A DNA stretch of 64,000 bases from Lytechinus pictus. Lineage: Eukaryota. Below are positions 37,294-50,245 of this stretch, one piece after another (positions within the stretch are counted from its first letter, which is position 1; each line of letters begins with the position of its first letter). Location: contig NC_087251.1 of the NCBI RefSeq assembly GCF_037042905.1, positions 16,060,001-16,124,000 on the forward strand, given 5' to 3'. The position numbers and the translations under genes are program-made. The notes below the pieces were generated by a model. The model saw nothing but the letters and a program-made list of their open reading frames with translations, did not search any database and had not been told where the DNA came from.

Positions 37294-39205
37294 TATACAT
37301 ATATTTCAAATATGTATACAGACATATACGTAATAAATGTTAAGAATTACAAAGGCATACAACCAATACTCTACCAAAAATGAGTTGGTGTTTAGATAGC
37401 GTACCGCTTCCATTGATTGATGAATATGTAAACCATTCAACCACCATTCCTAGTCAATTGCTTGTCTTTGGACCAACTGTAGTAGCCACTATGGTGCCTA
37501 TAGTCTAGCCGCGGTACCATCGAAATTTGTTTTGATTATAAAATAGCTTGCATATTATATTGAACGAAAATGAAGTATATAATGTAAGTACTCATACAGT
37601 GCATCACTTTATCAGAGTCTAACATAAATTCATAGTAGTGTTCACTATAACCTTTTTTTTTTAATGAGTTAAATTTGCACCTGAAATTGTAGAGTGGTTG
37701 TAAAGATTAATGACTGATTAAAAAAATTACTTCATGTCGTTACCTACTTTTCTTATAACATGTCTTTTCAAGTTGATTTAATGATCTTGGTATATTTTTT
37801 TATTATGTTGACTTGTTATGATTGTATTTATATTTTGTTGAAAATGAAATAAATGAAATGAAATGAAATCACATAATTGTGTGTCATCATATTTGAATTT
37901 GTGGTTTTTCTTTCAGAGTTTTTAAATATAATATTAAATTATTCTGATCAAGACAGCCGGAAGTAATATCATACCCATCCTTGTAACACTCTGGCGAATC
38001 ATTTTTTTTCCAACCGCATGGGATTTAATAGTAAGACATGCTAACACACGTGCAGACTTTCCAGAATTATCTGATAGAATTCGCTTTTGGGGGGATTTTT
38101 TAGTACGATTATAGAGTCATCACATTGAGGAATTGCATACTTATATTTCTGTTTCGATTGATTTGACGAAGTTTTATATACAAAGAAAACCTGAAAGAAT
38201 TTTGTGAATATTAAGTTAATATAAATTAAGAGGTATGCATAATATAGAAGGGGAGACTCGCTTAGACTTCTAAAATGTCTGCGTTTGCTCTGTTATTTAA
38301 AAAGGCAAACATTGTGATCTTGTTGAGAATGGTCAAGTAGATCTGAAGAGAGTAGCTAACACACAGTCCTTCAAACATAAGCGATGTTGATCTTTAATGA
38401 ATAGCTTCCTCCATTTCTCGAAAAGACAACAACCGCAAACAAGGGATTTTAATGAAAAGCTTTATTGGATAGAAATGAATCCAAAATGCCCTTTGTGGTG
38501 GGTGTTAATGAGATCTTATGAGGTATTTTGCGTATCGAGGGGGATGCTTGGTTTTAATTACTGGTTGGATGATAATGAGGTATTATCCCACTTTAAGGGG
38601 AATTAGCATTCTCGGCTGGGACTATGTTCAGCCGCCTTTGCTATTTGGCGGAAGAGGATTTGAATCGTCAAAGTTGCGAGATTAAGGGACAGTTTCATCA
38701 TGTAAATTCAATTACCGGACATCATTTGAAGACGTGTCAGCGTCGAGGACTACGGCATAACTGTGCCAATAAACATCAAATCAACTCTTCATTAGTTATG
38801 TAATCTATTTCAGGTTCCTTCCATTCAGTTTAGATGGATTTTCTCCCGGGATTTCTTGTTTTCTTTCACTATTCTCTCAAGGCAACTTGTCTGATTTGAA
38901 GCAGTCACACTACACAGAAGAAGTGATTTTCTTGCATTTGCAAAGTTTTCTTTTCAATACATGGAAATCCCACATATTGAAATATTGAGTATAGACATTT
39001 TTGTAGGATTCTTGTTTTCATACAGGCCGCTTCTACGAAGCCACTGTCGTACATCACACAAGCACCCCCCCCCCCCACACACACAAACTGGGAGACCAAT
39101 GCAAAATTGGAAACGCTGCCGCACTCCGCTGCCCATTGTTTTTTTAATGACATTGGTTCTTCAAAGAATGAACGATTACCTGCAAACAGGGTGAAGCGAT
39201 ATACC

Positions 39206-39473
39206 CACTGGCGGATCTAGAGGGTGGGGGGGGGGGGCACAGGGGGCATGTGCCCCCCTTTTGAGAAGCAAAATTAAAATATTAATGTAAAATTGCCATT
39301 AAAACAGAGGTGTGCCTCCTCTTTTGAAATTGAAGACCCCTTTTTTTTTGCTTTTCAATTTTGTTCGGGTACGAAATATCCTTAATTTGTGGTTGAAAAC
39401 CTTTTTTTTGCTTGTCAAAATTTTCCTCCGAAAAATTTGCCTCCCCTTTTAGAAAATCCTGGATCCGCCCCTG
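39206..39473. mobile_element. hAT-like MITE (268 bp)
   Basis: CACTGGCGGATCTAG ... CTGGATCCGCCCCTG with a perfect 8-bp TSD GATATACC. Confidence 0.88.
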
Positions 39474-41029
39474 GATATACCATAAATTGTACTACAAAGA
39501 GAAACGGTGGAAAGATGTATCTTTCATTGTTCTAATTTCATAATTCCTTTCCGAATATCACGTTCCTTCTCTAAGCTATGGATATTAAACGTATTTATCA
39601 CAATTCCATTTGGAAACTTTAAAAATAATAATTGTTTTTTGCAGGGACTTGTAAATCAATACACCCTTTCTGCATGAACAATTTGTAAAAAAATGACAAA
39701 ATTAGATGACTGAGAAAGGCCTATACTTATTTTCAAAAGTGCGAATTTGAATTTTTAACCAACACGTATGTATGTTTCCATTTTCTTCATTCATTCTTCA
39801 TGTTAACAGCAATTCTTTCTTTTTAATGGTAATTTTGATTTCCTTATATTTATTCAAAACTTACCACGCGATTCGGAATTATTTATTTTTATTTTTGTAT
39901 ACTCATTTCTTACCGTCAAAGTTCCACCATGTTTCAGACACACAACAGAATCAAATTTCTTCTCCCTTTTTCTCTTATGAGGGAGTCTCATCAGTTCGTC
40001 GATATTACACCGTTTTATGAAAGATAACTTTCCTTTCGATTTTCTATGTTTCATCTGAAATTTGTCTGCGATTACGTTAATTTATCATGCAATAAGAAGA
40101 CCCATTCTTGTTCTATATTTACTTTGAAGACTGAAGAAGAAGAATTGGTAGAAAAACCCACGTCAAATTTCAATGCGTCTCGCAGCGGAAAACGGAAATG
40201 GTCTGCTTACGGAGCGCGCGCGCTAGTTTTGGCGGGAATGTTTGCCCAGGAACGAACAGACGATACTCGCGTATGATTATGTCAATACATACGACTCTCG
40301 TTCGATCATCATCAGTCGAATTTTAGGCAGTGTTGTTTAAATAGACCGGGATACTCGCTCGAAAGCACACGCAATTAGCCGTGTCAAACATCACTTTGGC
40401 TTGATGATCTTGGGTATTGTAATATTGATATCATTTTATGGTATCCATATTGAAACAAGAGAACTTCCATTCTTGTGCGGTGTTTGGAGTCACTTAAGAG
40501 TGGATGGAGGATTGGCTAGGTAAATACAACTGTCTCATAAATCATGCTGGTGGAACCTACGATGATGATGATGGGCAAAGAGAAAAGCAAGATGTGAATC
40601 TCGAAGATCGCAACAAGTTCTTTTATCTATAGTCTTCAGAGTTATTAAAGATGTGGATTCAAGATTTGAAAGAGCTCACTCTAACTGCTTAAAATTGTGA
40701 TCGTAAAAATAGAATATTGCACTGTCTCTGGAAAGCAAATGAGTTGAGAAAATTATACAAATACATATCAAATACAAGTCATGAACCTATAATAATTACA
40801 TCTACATTTTCATGAGACGAATACTTACCGACTACGCTAAGAAGAATAGTGTATGATAGGTAACATGTAGACGTTGTGAGAAATGTATCCAATAATGCGA
40901 ACAATTTTAAAAATGAAATGGGTAAACATGATGACCAACATTTTGGAAAGGAAGGTGATAAAAAAGCATTGCAACCAAAAAAGAAAATTTCAATGGTGAA
41001 AAGAACGAAAGGCGAACTAATATTTCCAT

Positions 41030-41125
41030 CATTAGTAGTAGCGTTGTATCTAAATTCGTATCTAAGCTTGCAGGTCGTGGGTTCGAACCCTGCCAAAGCC
41101 CTCTATACCATTGAGCAAGGCAGAT
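41030..41125 (+). mobile_element. Degenerate tRNA-SINE head remnant
   Basis: GGTCGTGGGTTCGAACCC (B box) followed by TTGAGCAAGGCA (CORE-like). The A box is eroded. Confidence 0.45.
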
Positions 41126-41436
41126 GTCCACATACTGCTTTTTATCATATATTATTTGATAAAAGAATACATATGTGACTGCTTAGAAGACATGTTTGCT
41201 GATAATTATCGCAGTCTGCGATCTACTTCTGATTTAGATGATTATGGTTATCAATATGAAAATAATTATATAAAGAAATTCATTTATGCACAACGATATA
41301 AATTATGCAAAACTTGTTCTGATAAAAAGAAAATTAAAGGTCATTATTTATTCCAAATTCTGCATGCAGAGAGAGACAATATGGGGAGATGTTCATGGAA
41401 ATTTGTGTTGACGTCATAATATTAAATAATACAAAG

Positions 41437-41545
41437 ATGGCGATGGTGATGATGATGATGATAATGGTGATGATGATAATGATGATGCTACTGCTGCTGA
41501 TGATGATGATGCATGATGATGATGATAATGATGATGGTGAACATG
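41437..41545. repeat. (GAT)n microsatellite
   Basis: GATGATGAT runs. Confidence 0.85.
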
Positions 41546-42047
41546 ATAGCGTTAACGTTGACTAGCAATTAATTATATTAAATGGTAACAATGATTTCAA
41601 ACAATATTGTACATGTAATTTACCAACGAGATTCTATACGTGGTTACGGAAATGCGTTGAATAATTTGTTCAGTATAATGTTAGTAGCATAAGCTATACT
41701 ATTTTTTTATTTTTCATGTAAGCAAATAGTTATGTAGGCCTACACATCATGTACACCATCTAAATTAATTCTTTTATTCACTGTGGAGTCAATCACGGTT
41801 TGTTCGCCCTTTCCCTTACAGTGATCATGCATAAGAAGTCAGGCATGATTGTGAGGGGAAAATGCAATAGAAAGCAGTGAGAGACAAGGATATATTTTCT
41901 CATTTGATTGACTGTAATTACAACAACCATGGAATGTGTCGTCTGATTCACAAATCAGACATACACGCAATTATAGCTCAACGCTAGACTGGTACAACCT
42001 TGTAACGGTGTGTGGCGAGAAGTAATGACAGTTTGGCAGGTGAACAG

Positions 42048-42650
42048 TAGAGAGAAGGGAAGAGAAAGTAAGAGAGAGGGGAGAAACGAGAGGGAAGAAA
42101 TGAGAGAGAGAGAGAGAGAGGCAAAAATAGAAGAGATGGGGAGAGAAAGAGAGAATGGGGGTAAGAATGATAGAATAGGGGAATAAAGATATACGACGGA
42201 AACAGACATAGGCCTACAGAGGAAATATAACTTCACTAGCAGGATGAGGAGGAGAAGAAGAAGACGAAGAAGAAGGAGAAGAAAAGGAAGAAGAAGAAAA
42301 AAAGATGATGAAGAAGAATTTAAAAAAAAAGGAAGAGTAGCCAAGATTGGGGAATGTGGGGTGTAGGGCAAAGAATGTGTGTGAGGAAGAAGGAGGGTGT
42401 GCATGTGTGTGTGGGTGTGCGTGTGTTTGACTATGAGAGAAAGAGGGGAAAGCGGGTGATTGAGAGAGTGTGTGATTGAGAGAGCTGGAGAGTATGTGTA
42501 TGTGTCTGTGTGAGAAAAATGGAGAGAGGGAGAGAGAGAATGTGTGCATGTCAGGTAGAGAGGGAAGAATGAAATAGTGAGATAGGAGGAAGAGAGAGAG
42601 AGAAGAAGGAAATGAGATAAAGATAGAGAGAAGGGGGTAAAGATGTATAG
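42048..42650. repeat. Purine-rich (GA/GAA)n and (GT)n low-complexity tract
   Basis: Strong purine strand bias. Source of the spurious 233-aa Leu/Ser ORF on the minus strand. Confidence 0.85.
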
Positions 42651-43029
42651 TGACATGTCTAAAACTTAATTTGCTGGGAGATAAATCACAAATTTCAAGA
42701 TGTCACCCTTTTCTACGTTTAATTAATGGCTATTGACATGCAATTGACAATTTTTGGCAGAGCTACGAAGATGTCATGTAGTTAATATTGACCGAGTTCA
42801 TCTTTAAAGGGAAGACACATTAACAATAATGCATATTTTTATAACAATTTTTAAAGAAAAATAAGGAAATTATGAAAATTGTGAGATTTAGTTTGTAGCA
42901 TCAATGGTAATGAAGAGGATATTTTAATTGATTCTATGTTTGTATCTCAATGATACTTTTTATTTATTAGAACTTCAAAACAAAATGCGAGAACTACAGT
43001 CACTTGAAGTAAAACTGAATAAAAACTGA

Positions 43030-44376
43030 ATGGCTAAGCTCACGCCATTATTTAAAGGTGGTAACTTAAAGGATCCTACTAATTATAGGCCGATTTCCGT
43101 ATTGCCTGTACTATCGAAAATAATGGAAAAGGTTGTTTTTAAACAAGTATATAAATATGTTTCTGATAATGATATACTTTCAAATAATCAGTTTGGATTT
43201 CGCCCCAATTATTCAACAAATACAGCCCTCTTTACAATTACAGAAAATATTCGTAAAGAATTAGATATTGGGCAAGCTGTTGGATTAGTATCGCTTGACC
43301 TTCGGAAAGCATTTGATATGGTTTCCCACGATATTCTGTTAAGAAAACTTGATCTTCTGGGGTTCGATGAGTCAAGCTTACGATGGTTCCAAAACTATTT
43401 AACTTTAAGAAAACATGTAACAGTTATCAATAACACATTTTCTTCTTATAATACAGTTACATGTGGAATTCCACAAGGGAGTATAATTGGTCCCTTGATG
43501 TTTATCATTTTCATAAATGATATTTCTACTGTTGTAAAGTTTAGCAGTATTTCAATGTACGCTGATGATACATGTATATACTATTCCTCAGATAATGTTT
43601 CTGATTTATGTTCCTGTCTAAATGAAGATTTGGCACGGATTTCAGACTGGTTGAAATGTAATGAATTATTACTGAACCCTAAGAAATGTGAATTTATCAT
43701 ATTCGGATCAAGGCGTAAATTATTACCATTTGCAAATGCACAAGTTCAAATTGACGGTGAAAAAATCAAAAGAGTGGAAGAGTGCAAGTACCTTGGCGTT
43801 ATGCTCAGTGCACCGCTCAACTGGAATGCACATGTTAAATTTGTTAAGACGAAAGCGACAAAAACCCTGTATTGTTTGAAACGGCTCAGGCCGTACATCA
43901 GTCTGAATACTGCTATAATGCTTTACAAATCACTCTTTCAACCACACTTTGATTACTGCTCTATAGTATGGTTCAATGCAGGGAAAGTTTTACTTAAAGA
44001 ATTGAGTGTTCTTCAAAATCGAGCACTGCGTATGGTCTTAAGAGTTGATTATAGATATAGTACCAACCTGTTGTATTCTACTCTGAACATTGACAAGTTA
44101 GAATTGCGATGGAAAAAACAGGCAGTTTCCTTTATATTTAAATTACTTCATGGACAACTTCCATCTTTCTTGTGCTCCAAAATAAGTATCAAGAAAAGTA
44201 ATTATTCTCTTCGAAATTACCAGTGTAGGATTAATCTCGAAAAACCAAAAACAAATTTCATAAGGGACGGCGGTCTCTATATAGGTATTCAATTATTTAA
44301 TTCCTTACCAAGTAATACCCGTCAATTGGATCAGTTCTCTTTATTTATGAAATCAGTTAATTCCATCGACTTCTAA
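43030..44376 (+). CDS. LINE ORF2 reverse transcriptase, C-terminal portion (448 aa, uninterrupted)
   Basis: Motifs NYRPISVLPVLSKIMEK, NQFGFR, LDLRKAFD, GIPQGSIIGP, MYADD, KYLGV and C-terminal LFNSLP are typical of CR1/L2/Crack-type ORF2. Confidence 0.92.
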   Translation: MAKLTPLFKGGNLKDPTNYRPISVLPVLSKIMEKVVFKQVYKYVSDNDILSNNQFGFRPNYSTNTALFTITENIRKELDIGQAVGLVSLDLRKAFDMVSHDILLRKLDLLGFDESSLRWFQNYLTLRKHVTVINNTFSSYNTVTCGIPQGSIIGPLMFIIFINDISTVVKFSSISMYADDTCIYYSSDNVSDLCSCLNEDLARISDWLKCNELLLNPKKCEFIIFGSRRKLLPFANAQVQIDGEKIKRVEECKYLGVMLSAPLNWNAHVKFVKTKATKTLYCLKRLRPYISLNTAIMLYKSLFQPHFDYCSIVWFNAGKVLLKELSVLQNRALRMVLRVDYRYSTNLLYSTLNIDKLELRWKKQAVSFIFKLLHGQLPSFLCSKISIKKSNYSLRNYQCRINLEKPKTNFIRDGGLYIGIQLFNSLPSNTRQLDQFSLFMKSVNSIDF

Positions 44377-44638
44377 CTCATCTGCCGGGGGGGGGGGGGG
44401 CTAGAGAATTTCTATAATTTCTTTTCGTACATGCGGTTTTATGTAGTTTTAATTATCATTGTTTTTCATTTTAATTATGTATGTTTTATTTTATGTGTTA
44501 CTGTAATATTTTTGAATATTTTCGTATTGTCTCACTTTTACATGTTTTTAATGTTCACGGACTTGCTGAAAAGCAGTCTGTTATGACTGAATGTAAGTTT
44601 TACCGTGATTAAATAAATACAATACAATACAATACAAT
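43030..44638 (+). mobile_element. 5'-truncated non-LTR retrotransposon (CR1/L2 group) with 3' UTR, stem-loop and (AATAC)n tail
   Basis: RT ORF followed by G14, a T-rich UTR, a stem-loop at 44555-44608, AATAAA and (AATAC)4. No endonuclease domain or ORF1 upstream, and no clear TSD. Confidence 0.9.
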
Positions 44639-44930
44639 TTAATTATGTTTCGTTAATGTATTATCAACATTTATTACATTTTGTTTCTCTTGCGTACATT
44701 TACATTGCACTGTACATACAGGTACAGGGCTCGCTCTAAACCATTTTTTAAACGTAATATATATATGTAATTTTGCAGAGAGAAAGACACCATTCTGTCT
44801 AAAGAAAATATAAATAAATAGATGATAAATAAGATTTTCAGAAGATTTAATTAAGAGGATGCCTTGTTAGAACCGATGTTCTTAAAGTTACACATTACTC
44901 ATAGGGGGAACTATACATCAGCAGGTGACC

Positions 44931-45804
44931 CAGTGGCGTAACTACGGGAGGGGGCATGGGGGGGGGGGGCACGTGCCCCCCCCCCCTTCAATCGGCTGGC
45001 AAAAAAAAACAAAAAAAAAAACGGGGAAATGTGAAAGAGAGAGAGAAAGGGGGAGAAACGTCGTGGGAAAAAAGAAATTATTGTTCATTATAATTTTATA
45101 TTATGATTATGTTATGTTATGTTATATTATATTACATAATAAAAAATAATAACTTTATGAAACCTTATTTGCTCAGGGCCTATGTCTTCATTGTTCCTGG
45201 TGCTCGCATTGTCTGTTTAACGATATATATAATCTTGTTATACTAAAACCTCCCGTTTTCAAGTCAAAATACACCAAATATATTTCCTCGCACTTCGAAT
45301 TATTATTGTTTGATGTAGTGACATATGCTTCTTTTTCATGACTATTTAAAGTGATTGCCCCATTTTAAGGTCTTAATATAAAACATTTCCTGTCCGTGCT
45401 AAGTTCGCATTAGTGGATTGGTGAGATATGTCTGATCTTCATGAATTCCTAAAATCAGTCCTTAAAATGTCCCTTTTTCTGATCTGAATATCAACAATTT
45501 TCAGCTTGCGCTTCGCGCTCGCATCATTTGGTTAGTGAAATACGCATGGTCTTCGTGAATTCCTACAAACAAAATTTGCTTATAATGTCCCTTTTATATT
45601 ATCAAAAAATTTCAGCTCGCGCTTCGCGCTCGCATTATGTGATCAGTGAAATACATTTCTGTTTAATATGGCACTGTCCTTAAAAATGTCTCTATTATAG
45701 GTCATTATACCTGGCAACTGAGCGCGCTTCGCGCGCTCACTAAGTGACTCAAAATTTTTGCTGGTGCCCCCCCCCCAAATGCCGTGACCCACGGTACGCC
45801 ACTG
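44931..45804. mobile_element. hAT-like non-autonomous element
   Basis: TIR CAGTGGCGTA ... TACGCCACTG. It carries the same GCTCGCGCTTCGCGCTCGCA internal repeats as 6657-7687. TSD is imperfect: AGCAGGT recurs on both sides with a 4-nt offset on the left. Confidence 0.75.
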
Positions 45805-46819
45805 AGCAGGTCTGTTTTCTGATGGAATAAATGGGATGATCTGAAACAAAAAAAGAATAGGCGTGATCACCTTGAATTTTATACTCTCTCTTTTTCTTTA
45901 TTTTTATTTACAAAGATATCAACGAATTGTTCTTTTCTCGGCATTGTATCAGATGATAACATCAATCTGCAATTAACATGAACTTTAAACAGTACAATAT
46001 CATAATTATTATTTTCACATTATTAATTTATTCAACATCTTTTCTTTATTATCATTCATTTCAGTTACTCTTCTTTTCTTCTTCATCTCCTTCCTTTATA
46101 AATCTATCCTTAATCGTCATCCTTTTGTCTATATATAATTATGTCTTCTTCTTCCTTCCTTAATTTCGGTTTCTTGCACGTTGACTTGTTTTTAGTACGT
46201 TTATAGCATCCTACACTATTAGTTTAACAAATATTTTTTCATGTCAATCAAAGTAAATGGGAAAGTCGATTTAAGTTAATACCAATTTGCTTTGTTCATG
46301 ATTGTTAAACAGTTAAAACATGTCTTCTCACATTCCTGGAGTGATTTTAGACTGATGGTTCCTGACTCACTTGATTTAAAAATCCATCAACAATCGGTCC
46401 GTGATTCTGATTTTCATAGACATCGATGCAACCTCGCTATCCCCGATTTATTTTCTTATTTCTAATTCCTTGCCACTTATCCGCACACTTAGCTCATCCA
46501 AACATGAGTAATCTGCTATAACCCCGATTAGTGGAGGTGTCGAATTCATTTTCAAAAAGGGGCCACTCCTTGTCACCACTTGAATAGCTATGATATCATC
46601 GCCTAGAATTTATTGAGGAAAGGTGTGAGATTGACGATGATGCGATAGGTTGAGTGGGGCTAAGATATGATAACAATATAATCGGTACAACAAAACATCT
46701 GAAGAAAATGACATTGATAGTGCTGATAATATCAATAAACAGAACAGAAGAATAACAATGGGGAAATAAGAAAAAGAAAATGGATAACAGTTTGGCGAAT
46801 GTAGAAAGTAAAACGGCAA

Positions 46820-47130
46820 GGTACAAGGAGGAGGAGAAAGTGAAGATGACGAAAAGAGAGGGAGGAGGTGGAACAGCAGAAGAAGAAGAATGAAAAAGGA
46901 GACGAAGAAAACAACAGAGGGAAAGGAAGGTGAAAAGAGGAGAAGAATAAGACAAAGGGGAATAGGAACAAGTATAAGAAGGAAGACGAGAAAAAGTGGA
47001 AGATGAATAAGAAAGAGAACTGAGAAAGTGAGAGGAGGAAGAGGAGGAGGAAGAAGAATTATGATGACTAATGAGGAGGAGGAGGAGAAATGAAAAGTAG
47101 TAGTAGTTGTAGGAGGAGAAAGAGAAGACG
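46820..47130. repeat. Purine-rich (GAG/GAA)n low-complexity tract
   Basis: GAGGAGGAG and GAAGAAGAA runs. Confidence 0.8.
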
Positions 47131-47803
47131 AAAATCGTATACTAGGATCTACAGTAGATGTTAAATCATCGAAAATAAAACCTCTTTATAAAAACAGGTA
47201 TATTCTTGAAGGGCTATCACGGTGCATGAGATTAAATTGAAATACACCCATTATGATGAAATACGGAGTAAAAGAATGATGACAAGACGTATGAGAGCGA
47301 TGACGAGACGATCGCTCCAGGTCGATTACCATGTACTGATAGTACGATAGAGATAACCTATACGATAGCAGTATAATCCACTTCACACTTGAAAGTTAAA
47401 CCACGAACAATTATGCTATCTATGAAATCACAGTTGATGTTTCTTTTTTATGATATTACTTTGAGGAGTGGTTTCAATAATACGTATAGAGATTATCAAA
47501 ATAAGATTTAAATTTTAGAAAGGCATGTCGATTTTTTTTTTACATCATTCGAATCATATAGGACTACGTCAAACAATTTATCTTGCGTTATCATTCTGTA
47601 TGACAACGAGAATAATAAACTTATTACTGCTGCTGAGTTATAAATTTCTTCCTAATGATGTTTTCTTTGCTCTTCATTATGTAATTTATTGATATCGGTA
47701 CTGGAAAAGCCAAAAGGGCTTAATACCAAAGTGGGATACTTTGTCTGATATTATCATTGTCAGTTTGAAAGTGTGTCAATGTAGAGAAGGAAACCTTGTT
47801 TAA

Positions 47804-48393
47804 AGGTGAAGTCTACCCCAGGAAAATGCTGACTTACATAAATAGAGAAAATCAAACTAGCATGGTGCTGAAAATTTCATCAAAATCGGATGTAGAATAA
47901 GAAAGTTATCACATTTTAAAGGTTCGCTTATTTTTCACAAAACAGTGATATGCAGAACTAGTTGAGTCAGTCGATGATGTCCATCACTCACTATTTCTTT
48001 TGTTTTTTATTGTTTGAATTATACAATATTTCATTTTTTATAGATTTGATAATAAGGACCAACTTTACTGAACCATATAGTATTAAACCATACTAATTCC
48101 ACATGTTCAGGGAGGAATTAATCGTTGTATGACTTGACAATGAGGAGAAAATTAGAATATTTCATATTTCATATAATAAAATACAAGCGAAACAGTGAGT
48201 GGATGACGTCATAGTCTCCTCATTTGCATACCAGCCAGGATGTGCATATAACTGTTTTGTGAAATTAAGCGAAATTTTAAAATGTCATAACTTTCTTATT
48301 TTACTTCCGATTTTGATGAAATTTTCAGTGTTATGCTTGTTGGATTTTTCTCTTTTTATTCAAATCAACTTTTTGTTGGGTTGGACTTGTCCT
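47804..48393. mobile_element. Kolobok-like MITE with ~110-bp TIRs (full copy)
   Basis: TTAA|AGG ... CCT|TTAA. Arms GCTGAAAATTTCATCAAAATCGGATGTAGAATAAGAAAGTTAT / ATAACTTTCTTATTTTACTTCCGATTTTGATGAAATTTTCAGT. Confidence 0.85.
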
Positions 48394-50211
48394 TTAAGTA
48401 AACATTAAAGTATTGTTAAAGTTCTAATCTGAATTAGTTCATTGTGTCACTGTTGATCGTGATTATTTAAAGCAAATCCGTCTACCTTTTCTTTCTAAGG
48501 CTGTAAAACTTTTGTCTTCTTTTTAGTATTGAGAATAATTCTGGATAGTGTGTGATTGTCGTAATATATGCCCTAATGAAAACGCTAAATTTTGCCATCG
48601 GAACTGGTTTCAGGCGGCCTCATAGCGAGCGTGTTTAGAATGTGTTTAGCAACATTTAGCGCCTTGCAGCATCGCTTTGCACATCGATCGCCTGCCTATC
48701 TCACGCCTGCTCAGCCCCTCGCATCGCTGCCTTCATCAGCGCCGGAGCTACGGGCATCGTCCCGCGCGCCGTGACTGCCCATACCCAGCAAGCTTCCGTT
48801 ATCTCCCCTTCTCTCTCTTCAACCACCGTTCATCCACCAGACTTTTTACCACGCATGGTCGCAAAATTATTTTACAGGACTTGTTTTTATTCTGCTTGGA
48901 ATTCTTTACCTCCTTCTCTTGCTTTCCTCCCCTCTTGAATCTTGATATATTTGAAAATCAAATTACGAAAATCCGATTGGTCACTGATTCATGATGATAT
49001 CGCGAGAGGTACAACGATACGATAACTATAGGCTACACATCATACATACCAGAGCTTCATCAGGGCCCCCTTTTTTAAGACGAAGCGTCAAGAAAAATGA
49101 ATAGGGTCAATGGGGATGGGATGTAAAGAGAGAATTACTGAGATTAGACGTTTTGAAATATAATGAGTCTAAAGCAAAGCTAAAAAAAACATTGCCCGGC
49201 CTTACTTCGAGAAGTGTCGAAGGCGAAGTATCCATAAAAGGGAAAGAGGTTCCCTTTGTCAAAAATTATATTCTTGTTGACCCCCCTAAAAGGAATATGA
49301 CAAGCAAACAAATAAAAAAGAAAAACAATGTTATTTTTCCGAATAGGAGTTTATAGTATGGGGGTCGACAATAATTAGTTAAGACTTTGACTTGGATATG
49401 CTTAAACTCTTATGCCATTAACTAGTTATGGCTGGATTCTTGAAAAGGCTCGAAGTTGATTACAAATCTGGCATTAGATGGCTTATGTAGTATCCTTGTA
49501 CGAACGAGGAGCGAATGGAGTCTTGATTACGGAAAGTAATTGGAAACATGACTGTCAGTGAAAATAGCTTCACAATGAATAATAAAATGAGAGAAAAAAA
49601 TGGGAGGCAGGACCTTCTATCTCGTTTCAAAAAGTTTATTTCACGGCCCTCGTTGAGTGCCATGCAGGTTCTTAATCACACACTTGCCTCATACTTTCCG
49701 GAGCAGCGGAGACAGTCAAAAGAAGGGAAACGGGTGTCCGTTTACGAATTAAGTGGTTAAACTGTCAGAGAATCTAGCACGGAACGCTGCCAGGCAATAA
49801 CACGACCTACCACCAAATCCCTTCTCTTTTTGATTTCTAATTCCTTCCCCCGACAGCGGATAGTATTAGATTTCGTAACCCCATTTAGCGCCAATCCGAA
49901 TTCCCCTTACTCTAAGATGAACTTACACAGAGCAAGCCGAATCCTCCGCCGTGACATGCCCGGAATCAAACAGTTTTAATTGACATCGGTGGAGAATACA
50001 GTTAATATCTACGATAATCAGGGTCTTCACTGCAGCTAGAAGATGGCGATGGGGGTGAGGGGGTTTACATAAAACCGAAGAAGGCGAAAAAAAGGAAAGC
50101 GACGACTGATAGATGAGAGAGAGAGAGAGGGAGAAAGAGAGGGGGAGGGAGAGGGATGTTCGTACTGGGAGTGGGAGGGAGAGATGAAGAAGCTGACATA
50201 TCCCCCCCCCC

Positions 50212-50245
<34 letters not shown>

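Noticed and set aside
41955..42656. 233-aa Leu/Ser/Phe-rich ORF on the minus strand
   Set aside because: Translation of a pyrimidine-rich low-complexity strand that lacks stop codons.
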